Positions 9,010-19,814 are shown, counted from the first letter of the stretch. The stretch is DNA of 64,000 nt from Cyanophyceae cyanobacterium (GCA_038321985.1 JBBQFN010000001.1:1-64000), one strand, 5' to 3'. A program made the numbers and translations. Notes: a model not told the origin generated them from the letters alone.

Positions 9010-10407
9010 TTATTCCAAGTGCGAAAGTTCCTCCTCGGGAGTTAATTCACTCTCGATTTTTCGGTCTAAAGGTAAGATAATTTCAAATTCAGTCCCCCGG
9101 CCAACTGCTGAGTTTAAATTGAGTTGACCCTTATGCTTATCGCGGACAATTTCATTACTAATCGCTAACCCTAATCCTGTCCCTTTTCCCACAGGTTTTG
9201 TCGTAAAAAAGGTGTCAAAAATTCGCTGCTGAATTTGGGGGGGAATTCCGGTGCCATTATCGGCAATGCGGATAATCACTGCTGATTGTTCTTCGCAGTT
9301 CACCAGTTCCGTGGCGATCGCCAACTCCGGAGTCCAGGTTTTATCCCCCTTCGGGTGGCTTGCTTCTTTTTGTTTTCGCTCTAACAAGGCATCGATCGCA
9401 TTCCCTAGCAAATTCATAAAAACTTGGCTCAACTGCCCCGAATAGCAGTCTACTAAAGGCAAGTCCCCATAATTCTTAACCAGCTTAATATCATACTTAA
9501 TTTGATTATTTAAAATCAACAAGGTACTATCCAGACATTCATGTAAATCCGCAGGTTTACGCGCCGTTTCATCCAAATGAGAAAAATTTTGCATCCCTCC
9601 TACTATCTTCGTTAATCGTTCTGAACTCACTACCAGAGATTGCACCAGTTTGGGCAAATCTTGGCGGAGAAACTCTAAATCAATTTTTTCGATAATTTGC
9701 TCAATTTTATCCGGATGATTCTCTACTTCCTCTTCGTAAACCGCAACCAGTTCTAGCAAATCTTGACAGTAATTCCCTAAAAATCCCATGTTTCCTGAAA
9801 TACAATTGACTGGATTTTTAATTTCATGAGCAATTCCAGCCACCATCCGCCCCAAGGAGGCCATTTTTTCCGTCTGAATGGTATGGGAACGGGTTTGCTC
9901 TTGCAGCATCTGGGTCGTGAGTTCATAGATTTGGGACTGAGCGATGAGTAACTGATGAACGTCTAGAAGACGATAAACATCCGGTTCCATTTCAACCACA
10001 ATGGGTTCATAGAGTAACTCAGGCGATCGCCCTAAAGATTGCCGTGCAGCCATCCCGATCGGCAGATAACTAGGAAACGTTAGACTTTCTATTTTGGTAA
10101 AGTTATGTAATGCTTTTAACGGGCGTCTAGAGAATAATTCTAGCCCGTAGGGACGGCTCAAATGTTCTAGAAATCGACGCCGAGAGATCGTGCCGACAAA
10201 CTTTCCGGAATCAGTTAAAATGGCCCCCGGTAGCAACGGGTTCTCGGATAGAGCTTTCGCCAACTCCGCTCCTGGGCAGGTCACTTCTATTTCAAAATCA
10301 AACAGGGTCAAGTCAGCAAGGGTGGAGTCTAAATGGAGTTTACCGGCAAATCGGTCTGTGGTTACGGGAACAAATTGTTCTAAATTTTTCACGGATGTTG
10401 CAAGCAT
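9010..10407 (-). CDS. Cytoplasmic sensor histidine kinase with CBS-like N-terminal domain
   Basis: H-box AHEIKNP, N-box NLLGNAIDA, DNGTGI, GKGTGLGL; no transmembrane segment evident. Confidence 0.9.
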   Translation of the reverse strand: MLATSVKNLEQFVPVTTDRFAGKLHLDSTLADLTLFDFEIEVTCPGAELAKALSENPLLPGAILTDSGKFVGTISRRRFLEHLSRPYGLELFSRRPLKALHNFTKIESLTFPSYLPIGMAARQSLGRSPELLYEPIVVEMEPDVYRLLDVHQLLIAQSQIYELTTQMLQEQTRSHTIQTEKMASLGRMVAGIAHEIKNPVNCISGNMGFLGNYCQDLLELVAVYEEEVENHPDKIEQIIEKIDLEFLRQDLPKLVQSLVVSSERLTKIVGGMQNFSHLDETARKPADLHECLDSTLLILNNQIKYDIKLVKNYGDLPLVDCYSGQLSQVFMNLLGNAIDALLERKQKEASHPKGDKTWTPELAIATELVNCEEQSAVIIRIADNGTGIPPQIQQRIFDTFFTTKPVGKGTGLGLAISNEIVRDKHKGQLNLNSAVGRGTEFEIILPLDRKIESELTPEEELSHLE

Positions 10408-10696
10408 TACCTGTTTCCTTGGTAGAGACGATGAGAAGCATTGAAAGTTTTAAATTTATTTATTTTATCGACTTGATTAAGTTTACCGTAAATCCCGGCT
10501 TAAAGCTAACAAATTGAAGAAGTTTAATTCAAAATTAACCTATTATTAACCTGGAGAAATTTTTGATAAACTTCTAAGCACTTCGACTGAGGCAAGGAAG
10601 AATTGAGCAACTCCAAATTAGACCCTAGAGACCTTGAAATCTGTGGATTTTGACCAGCCCCCAGGCAACTTGGAAAAGTTTCAAGCCACTGTTCGG

Positions 10697-11827
10697 TTAG
10701 TTTTTGTGGCAAACGGAGCAGTTGCGGCCCTTTTGCTTGGCCTGATAGAGGGCTTGATCCGATGAGGCAATTAGACGTTCAAACGAGTCATTTTTTGTAG
10801 GAATTACTGTAGCGATGCCAATACTGACGGTAATGCGATCGCAGACTTTGGAGTTCCGATGGGGAATATTAAAGGAGTTGAGGGCTTTCCCGATGCGTTC
10901 AGCAACAGCACTTGCCCCTTCTGGCAAAGTATTGGGCAAAATTACCGCAAATTCTTCGCCGCCATATCGCGCAACTAAATCCTCTCGACGACAGCCGGAT
11001 TCCTTCAAAACCTGTGCCACCTGTTGTAAACAGCGATCGCCTGCCTGATGTCCGTAGGTATCATTATAATCCTTGAAAAAGTCAATATCACATAACACCA
11101 GGGAAAGGGGTTTTTTCTCCTGAGTTAGAAGGTTCCATTGTTGCTCCAGATAGCGATCAAACATCCGCCGGTTTGCGACTTGGGTTAACCCATCTAAAGT
11201 CGCCTGTCGGTGTAATTCTTGATTAGCAACTTCCAGTTGCTGATAAAGTTTCTGAAGTAACTCCGTGGCTAACTCGTGAATGTGGGCGTGAGCTAATAAT
11301 AATTGATGGACATTCAACAAGCGATAGAGTCCCGGTGCAATTTCCACCACAATCGGTTCATAAAGGGAATCAGGCGATCGCGATAAAACCCCCTGGACGG
11401 CAGCGACAATCGGGACCTGACTGTTAAACTGTAAATATGCGGTTTGCGTAAACCGATATAAAACCTGAATCGGGCGTTTACAGAATAATTCTAGACCGTA
11501 GGGCCGGGATAGCTGTTCAAAAAATCGCCCCCGAGAAATCATCCCGAACAGTTCACCCTCTTCTAACAAAATGACCCCCGGAAGTAGGGGATTGGCATTA
11601 AACATTTCCGCCACTTCCTGTCCCATTACTCCCGTTTCTACCTGATAATTGTACAGGGATAGTTCAGATAGAGTTGACTCTAAATGTAAGGGTTTCATGC
11701 TCAAGCGATCGGACAGCAAGAGGGATGAATCCAGGGGTGATGGATTCGATAGACAAGACTTTTTGAGGGCGATCGCCCTTGATGTATAATTTTTCATGCC
11801 TTCTCCCTCATTTAAAATATTTAACAT
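10697..11827 (-). CDS. Diguanylate cyclase (GGDEF) with CBS-like N-terminal domain; start uncertain
   Basis: DIDFFKDYNDTYGHQAGD, I-site RRED and GGEEF active-site motif. Confidence 0.9.
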   Translation of the reverse strand: MLNILNEGEGMKNYTSRAIALKKSCLSNPSPLDSSLLLSDRLSMKPLHLESTLSELSLYNYQVETGVMGQEVAEMFNANPLLPGVILLEEGELFGMISRGRFFEQLSRPYGLELFCKRPIQVLYRFTQTAYLQFNSQVPIVAAVQGVLSRSPDSLYEPIVVEIAPGLYRLLNVHQLLLAHAHIHELATELLQKLYQQLEVANQELHRQATLDGLTQVANRRMFDRYLEQQWNLLTQEKKPLSLVLCDIDFFKDYNDTYGHQAGDRCLQQVAQVLKESGCRREDLVARYGGEEFAVILPNTLPEGASAVAERIGKALNSFNIPHRNSKVCDRITVSIGIATVIPTKNDSFERLIASSDQALYQAKQKGRNCSVCHKN

Positions 11828-12489
11828 TGCCTCGGGCGGACGGAAGTTAGCCCGCCGGATTTTCGCCCCAACGGTTCACCGATTCTATCCCTTGATTTCT
11901 AGTTTGAGACCCCGGGTGAGGGGGTGAAAAAGAGGCACAATTCGGATAAGAATATAGTAAACCGATTCAGAAGATTTTGTGGGTATCCTACACATCTTTT
12001 AATGTTTTGATAAAATTACCGAGGCTGTCGCTCATCCCCAGCCCAATTTTTCTCTAGAGCCGGAATAAAATTTATAATAAATAGTTAAATTTTCTTTAAT
12101 GTTTTGTTAAACTAAAATTTTGCTAAAGCCAATTCTGAATCATTCCTAACCGGGGCGATCGCCTAGCCTCGATCAGCAGAAAAAAAAGACTTCAATGCGG
12201 CTATAGAACCGAGAAAATCAACAGGGGATGAGGGGATAGGGGACCCCTCGCCCATGACCAGTTCCCTCCTTAACCTTGTAATATGGGTAGGACGGTTTGC
12301 ACGGGGCTCCAAACCCCAGGGCATCCGGAAATTCTTCGGGGTTCAATCCCGTTCTGTTCTGTGCCGGACTGAAGGCATCATGGGACTCTACCCAACCGGG
12401 TCCTTTCCAACCTCCGGACCACTCAATTAAAAAAGGCTAAAAATTATGCCCTATCTAGGCTTTATGGTAATTTCCTAACAGACTTGGCT

Positions 12490-12538
12490 CACTTCATCCG
12501 GTCCCCTCCTCGATGTCTTGGGGAGGGGACTGGAAGTG
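12490..12538. repeat. Small dispersed palindromic repeat (related inverted copy at ~47828-47862)
   Basis: TGTCTTGGGGAGGGGACTGGA here is the reverse complement of TCCAGTCCCCTCCCCAAGACA near 47829; both form hairpins. Confidence 0.65.
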
Positions 12539-12650
12539 ACTCCCGGCGGATGGAATGCCTCTGTGGGTAAAAACCTGGACTTATCAGGGAACTATTCCCC
12601 CCAGGTTAGTTGATATAAAAGCTCCTCACTGCAAAAACTAGGCCGACTGC

Positions 12651-13736
12651 ATGAATCAATTACACAATGCCTTTACCCTATTTATGAGTCTGCTTGTAGA
12701 GGCTCTACCCTTTTTGCTACTCGGGGTATTGTTATCAAGTGCCCTGTTGTTGTTCGTTGATGAAACGAAACTGATTTCTTCCATCCCTCGTAACCCGGTC
12801 CTCGGGGCCTTGATTGGGAGTTCGATTGGGTTTCTGTTTCCGGTATGCGAGTGTGGTAACGTCCCGGTTGCGCGACGATTACTGATGCAGGGGGCATCGC
12901 CCTCGGTGGCAATTGGGTTTTTACTGGCGGCTCCTACAGTGAATCCGATTGTGATTTGGGCCACTTGGACGGCATTTCGGGACCAACCGGAAATTGTGGT
13001 GTTGCGGGTGGTATTTTCCCTGGCGATCGCCACCATTATTGGCTCAGTCTTTAGCTTACAAAAAGATTTGACTCCCTTCGTACAACCGATGGTGGCGCGG
13101 GCAATCGCTCAATCTGCTCAGGCTAAATCCTCCAGTTCCCGGACCCCAACCGAGAGGCTCTCAGAGTTGGAGAAAACCTCCCCCCTGTTACAGTCAGGAA
13201 CGTTTTTGTTAGGCACTCCGGGAAGTCCCCAACGCTTAGATGCAACCACAATGGAGACGGTGTTATTGTCTGCAAAAGTAGGAAATATGGGTGCTGCTGG
13301 GGTGGCCCTCGGTGGCGATCGCCTATTTCAACAGCGACTCCGCTTGTTTGTCGAGAATGTCATGGCTGAACTGCGCGAACTCGGGGGGGTCTTGGTTTTG
13401 GGCAGTGCGATCGCAGCCATTATTCAAGTCGCGGCACCTCGGGATTTAATTCTGAGTTTGGGGCAAGGGCCGGTTACTTCAATCATTGCTATGCTCGTTC
13501 TAGGAGCCGTTGTTTCAATTTGTTCTACGGTGGATGCGTTTTTTGCCCTCTCTTTTGCCTCCACATTTACCACCGGATCGCTGTTAGCTTTTTTAGTCTT
13601 TGGACCGATGATTGATATCAAAAGTATCGGCCTGATGATGTCGATTTTTAAGGCAAAGCCGGTGGTCTACTTATTTTTGATTTCGGGGCAGTTAACCTTT
13701 TTACTTACCCTAGCTTATAACTTAAAATTTAGCTAA
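12651..13736 (+). CDS. Permease, DUF318/YcgR-like
   Basis: Multi-TM protein with PVCECG, AAPTVNP, SICSTVDAF and FGPMIDIK motifs. Confidence 0.85.
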   Translation: MNQLHNAFTLFMSLLVEALPFLLLGVLLSSALLLFVDETKLISSIPRNPVLGALIGSSIGFLFPVCECGNVPVARRLLMQGASPSVAIGFLLAAPTVNPIVIWATWTAFRDQPEIVVLRVVFSLAIATIIGSVFSLQKDLTPFVQPMVARAIAQSAQAKSSSSRTPTERLSELEKTSPLLQSGTFLLGTPGSPQRLDATTMETVLLSAKVGNMGAAGVALGGDRLFQQRLRLFVENVMAELRELGGVLVLGSAIAAIIQVAAPRDLILSLGQGPVTSIIAMLVLGAVVSICSTVDAFFALSFASTFTTGSLLAFLVFGPMIDIKSIGLMMSIFKAKPVVYLFLISGQLTFLLTLAYNLKFS

Positions 13737-13864
13737 GGGAAAACCGGGATAAAGGCGGAGGCAATCCCCTGGATCGGATTAGATCCTTGCCCATCTCACT
13801 ATTCCTGTTCCCCCGGCAATCGCCAATCAAGTCATCATTGCAACTGCAAAACTTCAGATTTAAC

Positions 13865-14665
13865 ATGGCTGTTCAACCTCCAAAATTTTTCCAATTTTCA
13901 ATCCTGGGACCCTGGATAGAGGTACTTTCCGTCTTCGCTTGGGGTGTATTACTCCTCAAATATTGGGTGAGTGGGGAATTAAATATCCTGATTCACCCGA
14001 ATTTCTTTGCCCTGACTAATGTAACGGGGGTTTTCTTGATTCTGCTCGCCTGTTACAAAGGCGCTCAATTGGTCCATCAACTGTGGCGATCGCGACGGGT
14101 TCGTAATCGAGGCGCAAGCACCGGAACCCCCGCCATGCAGCACATTACCCTGTTTCCTCCGGGATGGAGTGCGGGCTTGTTGTTAATAACCGCACTCGTT
14201 GGTTTCCTAGTCAGTCCCCGGGTATTTGCCAGCGAAAAGGCGATGATGCGGAATGTTAACGATTTTTTACCCGTCACCCAATCCCAACCCCAAGCCTTTC
14301 GCACTGCCAGCAAACCCGAGGAGCGATCGCTAGTGGACTGGGTGCGAACCTTAACTGTCTATCCCGAACCCGATGCTTATACGGGTCAAAAGGTGAACGT
14401 TCAAGGATTTGTGATTCATCTGCCTAACTTGCCCGAGGAATACTTTTTGATTTCTCGCTTTGTGATTACCTGTTGTGCGGCAGATGCCTATCCCGTGGGA
14501 CTGCCGGTGAAATTATCCCAAAGTCGCAGCGCCTATCCGCCGGATACTTGGTTAGAAATCGACGGAACAATGGTCACCGAAACCTTGGAAAATCGCCGTC
14601 AGTTGACGATTTTAGCAAGTTCGATTCAGGAAATTTCCGAACCCCGGAATCCTTACGACTATTAA
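13865..14665 (+). CDS. TIGR03943/DUF1980 (YcgQ-like) putative permease partner
   Basis: LIHPNF, three N-terminal TM segments, RFVITCCAADA motif, PRNPYDY end; the usual partner of DUF318. Confidence 0.85.
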   Translation: MAVQPPKFFQFSILGPWIEVLSVFAWGVLLLKYWVSGELNILIHPNFFALTNVTGVFLILLACYKGAQLVHQLWRSRRVRNRGASTGTPAMQHITLFPPGWSAGLLLITALVGFLVSPRVFASEKAMMRNVNDFLPVTQSQPQAFRTASKPEERSLVDWVRTLTVYPEPDAYTGQKVNVQGFVIHLPNLPEEYFLISRFVITCCAADAYPVGLPVKLSQSRSAYPPDTWLEIDGTMVTETLENRRQLTILASSIQEISEPRNPYDY

Positions 14666-14880
14666 TCCGGTTCAGGCTGCGATCGCGGGTTCTCAATTCT
14701 CTAGGGATTTCCATCATCTCATTTGAACGCATCCCCCGGGGCAGAGTGTTAAATCCTGTAACGCCCCTATGGCTACAGTCTTCAAGGAGAACGAGTATAT
14801 GCTCTCAAGTCAGGACGACGCCAAGGGTGGATCAATAGGATTGCCGCTTTGGGTAATTGCCCTCCCCCCAAGCCCGAAGT

Positions 14881-15225
14881 TTACTCCTGAGAACCACTGG
14901 ATTTTTGCATGATTTTTTGGAATAAAATTTGAATTCCCAGACAAAATAAACCAAAAGCAGCAAAGGCAAAAACAAAGGTTGCCAGGGTACTGACTCCGGT
15001 GACTAAAGTCCGAACCGCCGCCGAAATATTAACCGTGATTGGATTATCTGAGTGAATGGGTTTACTAGCAAAGGTGGAGGCGATCGCGCTGGTGAGCAAC
15101 ATACAAGCATAAGCGAATCCCGTAGAAATCGCCGAACCCATAAAGCATCGCATCAGGGTGGGTTGAACGGGTTCGGAGGTGGTTACACTTAGGGGGGTGG
15201 GTTGAGTCGGTGTTTGATTAGTCAT
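14881..15225 (-). CDS. DUF3082-like two-TM protein
   Basis: NISAAVRTLVTGVSTLATFVF motif; lies downstream of rsmA-ispE as in other cyanobacteria. Confidence 0.75.
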   Translation of the reverse strand: MTNQTPTQPTPLSVTTSEPVQPTLMRCFMGSAISTGFAYACMLLTSAIASTFASKPIHSDNPITVNISAAVRTLVTGVSTLATFVFAFAAFGLFCLGIQILFQKIMQKSSGSQE

Positions 15226-15296
15226 GGGTTTTTTATGGCGAGTGGAATGTTTAAATTTTAGCGTTTTGTTTTCGATCCAGGCATAGCAGAACCTAT

Positions 15297-16250
15297 TTAA
15301 TGAACATTTGAAGCAAACTTAATCCCGGTATTAATGAATTTAGCAATCCACAAATCTAGGTCCGAATTTCCTAGGCGAGTTTGAACTTGCCCCAGGATTT
15401 GTTCTGCTTTTTCCCGGGAGTCGGTGAGGGCAAAAACTGTCGGTCCCGAACCAGACATCAGGGTTCCCAATACGTCACACTGTTGGAAAGTTTGCCGTAG
15501 TTTTAAAACTTCAGGATATTGGGGCAACACCACTTTTTCTAAATCATTGTGCAGCAATTGCACCATTTTCATTTCATCCCGATGGGCGATCGCCTTGACA
15601 ATTGGTCCGGAATGGACTCGCTTTTGTCTTGCCCCTAAATCGGTGGATTCTTGGGCGTAGGTACTGCCAAACTGTTGACGATAAGTTTGATACGCCCAAG
15701 GGGTAGAAACCGCCAAACTACGATATTTTGCTAGAATCACATACAATCCTTCTAAATCTGGCAGGGGTTCGAGTTCGTTTCCCCGTCCCGTCGCCAAAGC
15801 GGTCCCCCCGGTGATACAAAAGGGGATATCCGAACCGAGTTGACTGGCTAAATCTTGTAATTCCGGTTGGGTTAAGCCCAGGTCCCAGAGCATTTCCAGG
15901 CCCACCAAAACGGCGGCAGCATTGCTAGACCCCCCCGCCAATCCAGCGGCAACGGGAATATATTTCTCGATGAAGATGTCTGCACCCCCATATTGAGCAA
16001 AGGCTGTGGGGTAGGTGGTTTTGAGGAGTTCGGCGGCGCGGTAGGCGAGGTTCCGGCGATCAAGGGGGACTTCGGGATGTTGGCAATGGATCCGAAATTC
16101 GTCGGTCCCATTGGCACGAATTTCGACGCGATCGCCTAAGTCGATGCTTTGCAGAACCATTGACAATTCGTGATATCCATCGGGGCGATCGCCGATAATT
16201 TCTAGATATAGATTTATTTTGGCTGGGGCAATCAAAGAGTAAGAACGCAT
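15297..16250 (-). CDS. ispE: 4-diphosphocytidyl-2-C-methyl-D-erythritol kinase
   Basis: APAKINLYL, DGYHEL, IPVAAGLAGGSSNAA, MSGSGPTVF; ATG at 16250. Confidence 0.97.
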   Translation of the reverse strand: MRSYSLIAPAKINLYLEIIGDRPDGYHELSMVLQSIDLGDRVEIRANGTDEFRIHCQHPEVPLDRRNLAYRAAELLKTTYPTAFAQYGGADIFIEKYIPVAAGLAGGSSNAAAVLVGLEMLWDLGLTQPELQDLASQLGSDIPFCITGGTALATGRGNELEPLPDLEGLYVILAKYRSLAVSTPWAYQTYRQQFGSTYAQESTDLGARQKRVHSGPIVKAIAHRDEMKMVQLLHNDLEKVVLPQYPEVLKLRQTFQQCDVLGTLMSGSGPTVFALTDSREKAEQILGQVQTRLGNSDLDLWIAKFINTGIKFASNVH

Positions 16251-16258
16251 TAGGGGTG

Positions 16259-17098
16259 TTAAGAGGTTACTGAATTTTCTAAGGTTAACAAATTGCTTAA
16301 AGCGACCCACTGCTGCACGCTCAGGTCTTCGGCACGCACTTGGGGGTTAATATCTAATTGTTCCAGAAGCGCGGTCAGGCGATCGCGATCAATCAGACCT
16401 TTTAAATTATTTCGTAACATTTTACGTTTGCTGGAGAACCCGACTTTTACTAATGTCTCTAACCACCGGGGGCGATCGGCCAGAATGGCTAGGGGTCGCG
16501 GCGACAACCGGATCACTGCCGAATCGACTTTCGGTGCCGGATAAAAGGCTTTCGCTGGAACAGTACAGATATATTCGCACTCGGCTACATATTGCACCCG
16601 CACCGATAAAGCACCATAAGTTCTAGAACCGGGGTCGGCATTGATCCGTTCTGCCACTTCTTTTTGAATCAGCAACACAACGGACTGATAGGGAACTCGC
16701 GGCGGTTGGGAAATCGTGCCGAGGAGCTTTTCCAAAATCGGCCCGGTGATATTATAGGGAATATTGGCAACGACTTTATTGGGATGGTGAAAAAGTTCCG
16801 GAGCTTGGGTTAATATAGGCTCTAAATCAATGTCTAAAAAGTCAGCGCACAAGAGGAGGAAGTTAGGCACATCTCCCAATTTTTTTGCAAGTTTCTGGGA
16901 AAGATTGCGATCAATTTCTACGGCCACCACGGATTGAGCCTGGGGCAGTAATTGCCGGGTGAGGATGCCGGTCCCTGGACCAATCTCTAGGATGCGATCG
17001 CTCGCTGATAACGCCGCCGCTTTGACAATTTCATTGAGAGCTTTATCGCTTTGGAGCCAGTGTTGAGCAAATTGTTTTCGAGGATAAGGCGAGGGCAT
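16259..17098 (-). CDS. rsmA: 16S rRNA m6(2)A1518/1519 dimethyltransferase
   Basis: FAQHWL, LEIGPGTG, VANIPYNIT, PAPKVDSAV. Confidence 0.97.
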   Translation of the reverse strand: MPSPYPRKQFAQHWLQSDKALNEIVKAAALSASDRILEIGPGTGILTRQLLPQAQSVVAVEIDRNLSQKLAKKLGDVPNFLLLCADFLDIDLEPILTQAPELFHHPNKVVANIPYNITGPILEKLLGTISQPPRVPYQSVVLLIQKEVAERINADPGSRTYGALSVRVQYVAECEYICTVPAKAFYPAPKVDSAVIRLSPRPLAILADRPRWLETLVKVGFSSKRKMLRNNLKGLIDRDRLTALLEQLDINPQVRAEDLSVQQWVALSNLLTLENSVTS

Positions 17099-17307
17099 TT
17101 TTGTCAGGGGTAGATTCCGTTGAGAGTCAAGCCTTTGTATTTTACCTTGTTTTTGACTTAAGAATTGACATCCCTCGCCAGGAAGATTGCCCTTACTTCT
17201 TTAGGAATAATTTTCTGAGGATGAGGGCGGGATACCGATTTTTCTCCATCTACAAAGAAAGAGATTAGAAACGTTCTACCTTAAGGAAGATGAAGATAAG
17301 AACGAAA

Positions 17308-17325
17308 GTTACTAAAGTTTACATA
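17308..17325 (+). promoter_or_regulatory. HLR1-like (RpaB) direct repeat
   Basis: GTTACTAA-AG-TTTACATA versus (G/T)TTACA(T/A)(T/A)-N2 repeat, one mismatch, ~35 bp upstream of the ATG. Confidence 0.45.
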
Positions 17326-17360
17326 GACTGTAAATCAGAAATTAAGGATATACAATTAGC

Positions 17361-17870
17361 ATGGCAAATTTAGCAGACAACATCGAACACGTTAAAGAGA
17401 GTCTACCCAATATTACTCCGACCCCACCGGATCTCAAACCCCAGGTTACGCCGGCTGAACTCAAGTCTCGTCTGGAGTGGGGAGAACCCGGTTTGACTAT
17501 CATCGATGTGCGCGATCGCGAATCTTTCAACTACGAGCGCATTACGGGTGCCATCACAATGCCGATGGAGCAACTGAGCGACATGGCAACTTCCAGCTTA
17601 GAAATGAAGCGGGACATTTACTTGTATGGCGACAGCGACGAGCAAACCGCACAAGCAGCCAGCCAACTCCGCAGCGGTGGCTTTATGAATATCGCTGAAA
17701 TTAAGGGCGCTTTACCTGCATGGAAAGCGATCGGGGGTCCAACTGAAGGCATTATTTCAATGGAAGGCCCTGCCGGTCCTAGTTCGGTGAAGAAAAGCGA
17801 AAGTAACGTGGCAGCTCGCGTCAGCAAGCAAGGCGAGCTGGAAGCCAAAAAATCTCAACAACATCGTTAG
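17361..17870 (+). CDS. Rhodanese-like domain protein (no catalytic Cys)
   Basis: IIDVRDRESF, RITGAITMP, EIKGALPAW; the protein contains no cysteine. Confidence 0.85.
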   Translation: MANLADNIEHVKESLPNITPTPPDLKPQVTPAELKSRLEWGEPGLTIIDVRDRESFNYERITGAITMPMEQLSDMATSSLEMKRDIYLYGDSDEQTAQAASQLRSGGFMNIAEIKGALPAWKAIGGPTEGIISMEGPAGPSSVKKSESNVAARVSKQGELEAKKSQQHR

Positions 17871-17953
17871 AGTGAAGGGCGAAGCGTGAAATATACTAGG
17901 TAGTTTCTGAGCAAGCATAAACTCGGTAATTTCCGTTTAGAATAATCTCTCTT

Positions 17954-17983
17954 TGTAGAGACACGAGCGCTCGTGTCTCTACA
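17954..17983. repeat. Perfect 30-bp GTAG-type REP-like palindrome between convergent genes
   Basis: TGTAGAGACACGAGC-GCTCGTGTCTCTACA. Confidence 0.8.
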
Positions 17984-17992
17984 TCTACATTT

Positions 17993-18943
17993 CTATCCAG
18001 GGGGGTTTTCCGACTCTGGGGCGATCGCGGTGAAGTCTGGATTGACCCCTTTCCAGGTATTCGCTAATGCTTCACCAATGGCATCGGCAATAAAGCGATC
18101 GTTCCAATAGGCAAGGTGAGACAGCGGATTCCAACTGGTTAATAAATTTCCCACATTCACCGGCCAATCTGTAGTTACAACCTTTTCATATTGTGGACTT
18201 ATGGATTTAAGGGGATAAGAAATAATATCAGTGGGGTCATAAAAATTAACCCATTCCCCGACTAAATCCGGATGGTAAAGGGATAACTTTTTCGCGGGAA
18301 CTTCGATAGGACGATCAAACTTTTGATGCAAACTCCACAGAGCCAGGGGACTACCCAGGCTATAAAATAAAGTCAAAGTTTCTCCTCGTTCTAAAGGCGT
18401 ATTCTCCATGTGATTTTGCACTGCTTCAGGCATTAGCACTCTACCCCCCTGAGTGCGACTAAATTCCTGAAGATCATAAAAGTAATTGCTGGCAATGACG
18501 GTCCCCAGACTATGACCGATCGTGCATAAAGGAGCCGTTGGACCCGCCCGTTCCGCTAAATTTCGTAAACTTTCGGCAAAGCGAGCGTGAATCAGATCGT
18601 ACAGACGCCGATCGCGATCGGAGGTGACTTGATAGGCGATTGTATCTCCGATAACATTAATGAAAAAAAACCGTAACCATTCAAACCGCAAATTCTCTCC
18701 CCGGACTTTTTCCCATAACTCCTTTTGGTCAGTTTGAAGCAGGGGGGCCCAATAAATCATTTCAAAGACTAATTGCGATTCAGCTTCTTGTTCGGAAATT
18801 TGTACCTGTTTGGCAAATTTTTCTATAATTTTACGCGATATGGTCCTAAAATATTCAGGTTGCTCTAAACTCCCTTGATCAACGTCGGTATCTCCTGACC
18901 CCATTCCATGAATGATGGCAATAGCTATTTTTTGACCGGACAT
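17993..18943 (-). CDS. Alpha/beta-hydrolase-like protein (lipase-type GHSLG)
   Basis: IIHGMG, GHSLG nucleophile elbow, LGSP, NFYDPTDIISYP, SHLAYW. Confidence 0.7.
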   Translation of the reverse strand: MSGQKIAIAIIHGMGSGDTDVDQGSLEQPEYFRTISRKIIEKFAKQVQISEQEAESQLVFEMIYWAPLLQTDQKELWEKVRGENLRFEWLRFFFINVIGDTIAYQVTSDRDRRLYDLIHARFAESLRNLAERAGPTAPLCTIGHSLGTVIASNYFYDLQEFSRTQGGRVLMPEAVQNHMENTPLERGETLTLFYSLGSPLALWSLHQKFDRPIEVPAKKLSLYHPDLVGEWVNFYDPTDIISYPLKSISPQYEKVVTTDWPVNVGNLLTSWNPLSHLAYWNDRFIADAIGEALANTWKGVNPDFTAIAPESENPPG

Positions 18944-19054
18944 GGTGATAACCCTTCTGGCAAAATTATTAAATGTTTTCGTTATAATAAAGGCGATCGC
19001 CTTTCTATAGAGCGTCCTTTCGGCAGATATTTAAAATAGAATTAGGGAAAAATT

Positions 19055-19804
19055 CTATTCAGAAATTTTTTGATCCAAGGCTTGTTTAGCTTTCAATGTG
19101 ATATAAATCGTTACGGCAACAGTGGCGATCGCCCCGAGGATTTTGAGAGCCGATTGTACCCCCGAGGCGTTACTCTCAGGCGCATGAGTTCCCAGAGTTG
19201 CTAAATTTCCGGCTAAGGCTCCAATATAAACATAGGCCACTGTACCCGGAATCATCCCTAAAGAGCCGATCGTATAGTCGGATAAAGAAACTTGGGTAAT
19301 TCCAAAGGCATAGTTTAAGAGGTTAAAAGGAAACAAAGGAGACAATCGCGTTAATCCGACAATTTTCCACCCTTCTTTGCCTACTGCTCGGTCAATGGCT
19401 TGAAATTTAGAATTATCTTTAATCTGATTCTCTACCCAATTTCGGGCAAAATAACGCCCGACTAAAAACGCAGCTAATGCGCCTAAAGTTGCTCCTATAA
19501 AAACATACAGGGAACCCCAAACCACGCCAAATATCACTCCGGCTCCCAGGGTTAAAATGGTTCCTGGAACAAACAACACGGTAGCAATTACATACAGGGA
19601 AATAAACCAAAGAATCCCTACTGGACCTAAAGATTCAATCCATTGCAAAGCCTGTTGTAAATAGTCTTGAATTCCGAAATATTTACTGAGCCACATCAGC
19701 AGGGCGACTGCAAAAATAGCCCCAATCCCTTGAAGAATTAGTCGTTTTCCCTTACTATTACTGGTGTTATCCGGTTTAGGGGTCATCATCGAGTTCCGAT
19801 CCAT
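19055..19804 (-). CDS. TVP38/TMEM64 (DedA/SNARE-associated) membrane protein
   Basis: FVPGTILTLGAGVIFG, FLVGRY, RLSPLFPFNLLNYAFG. Confidence 0.92.
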   Translation of the reverse strand: MDRNSMMTPKPDNTSNSKGKRLILQGIGAIFAVALLMWLSKYFGIQDYLQQALQWIESLGPVGILWFISLYVIATVLFVPGTILTLGAGVIFGVVWGSLYVFIGATLGALAAFLVGRYFARNWVENQIKDNSKFQAIDRAVGKEGWKIVGLTRLSPLFPFNLLNYAFGITQVSLSDYTIGSLGMIPGTVAYVYIGALAGNLATLGTHAPESNASGVQSALKILGAIATVAVTIYITLKAKQALDQKISE

Positions 19805-19814
19805 GAATGGATTA

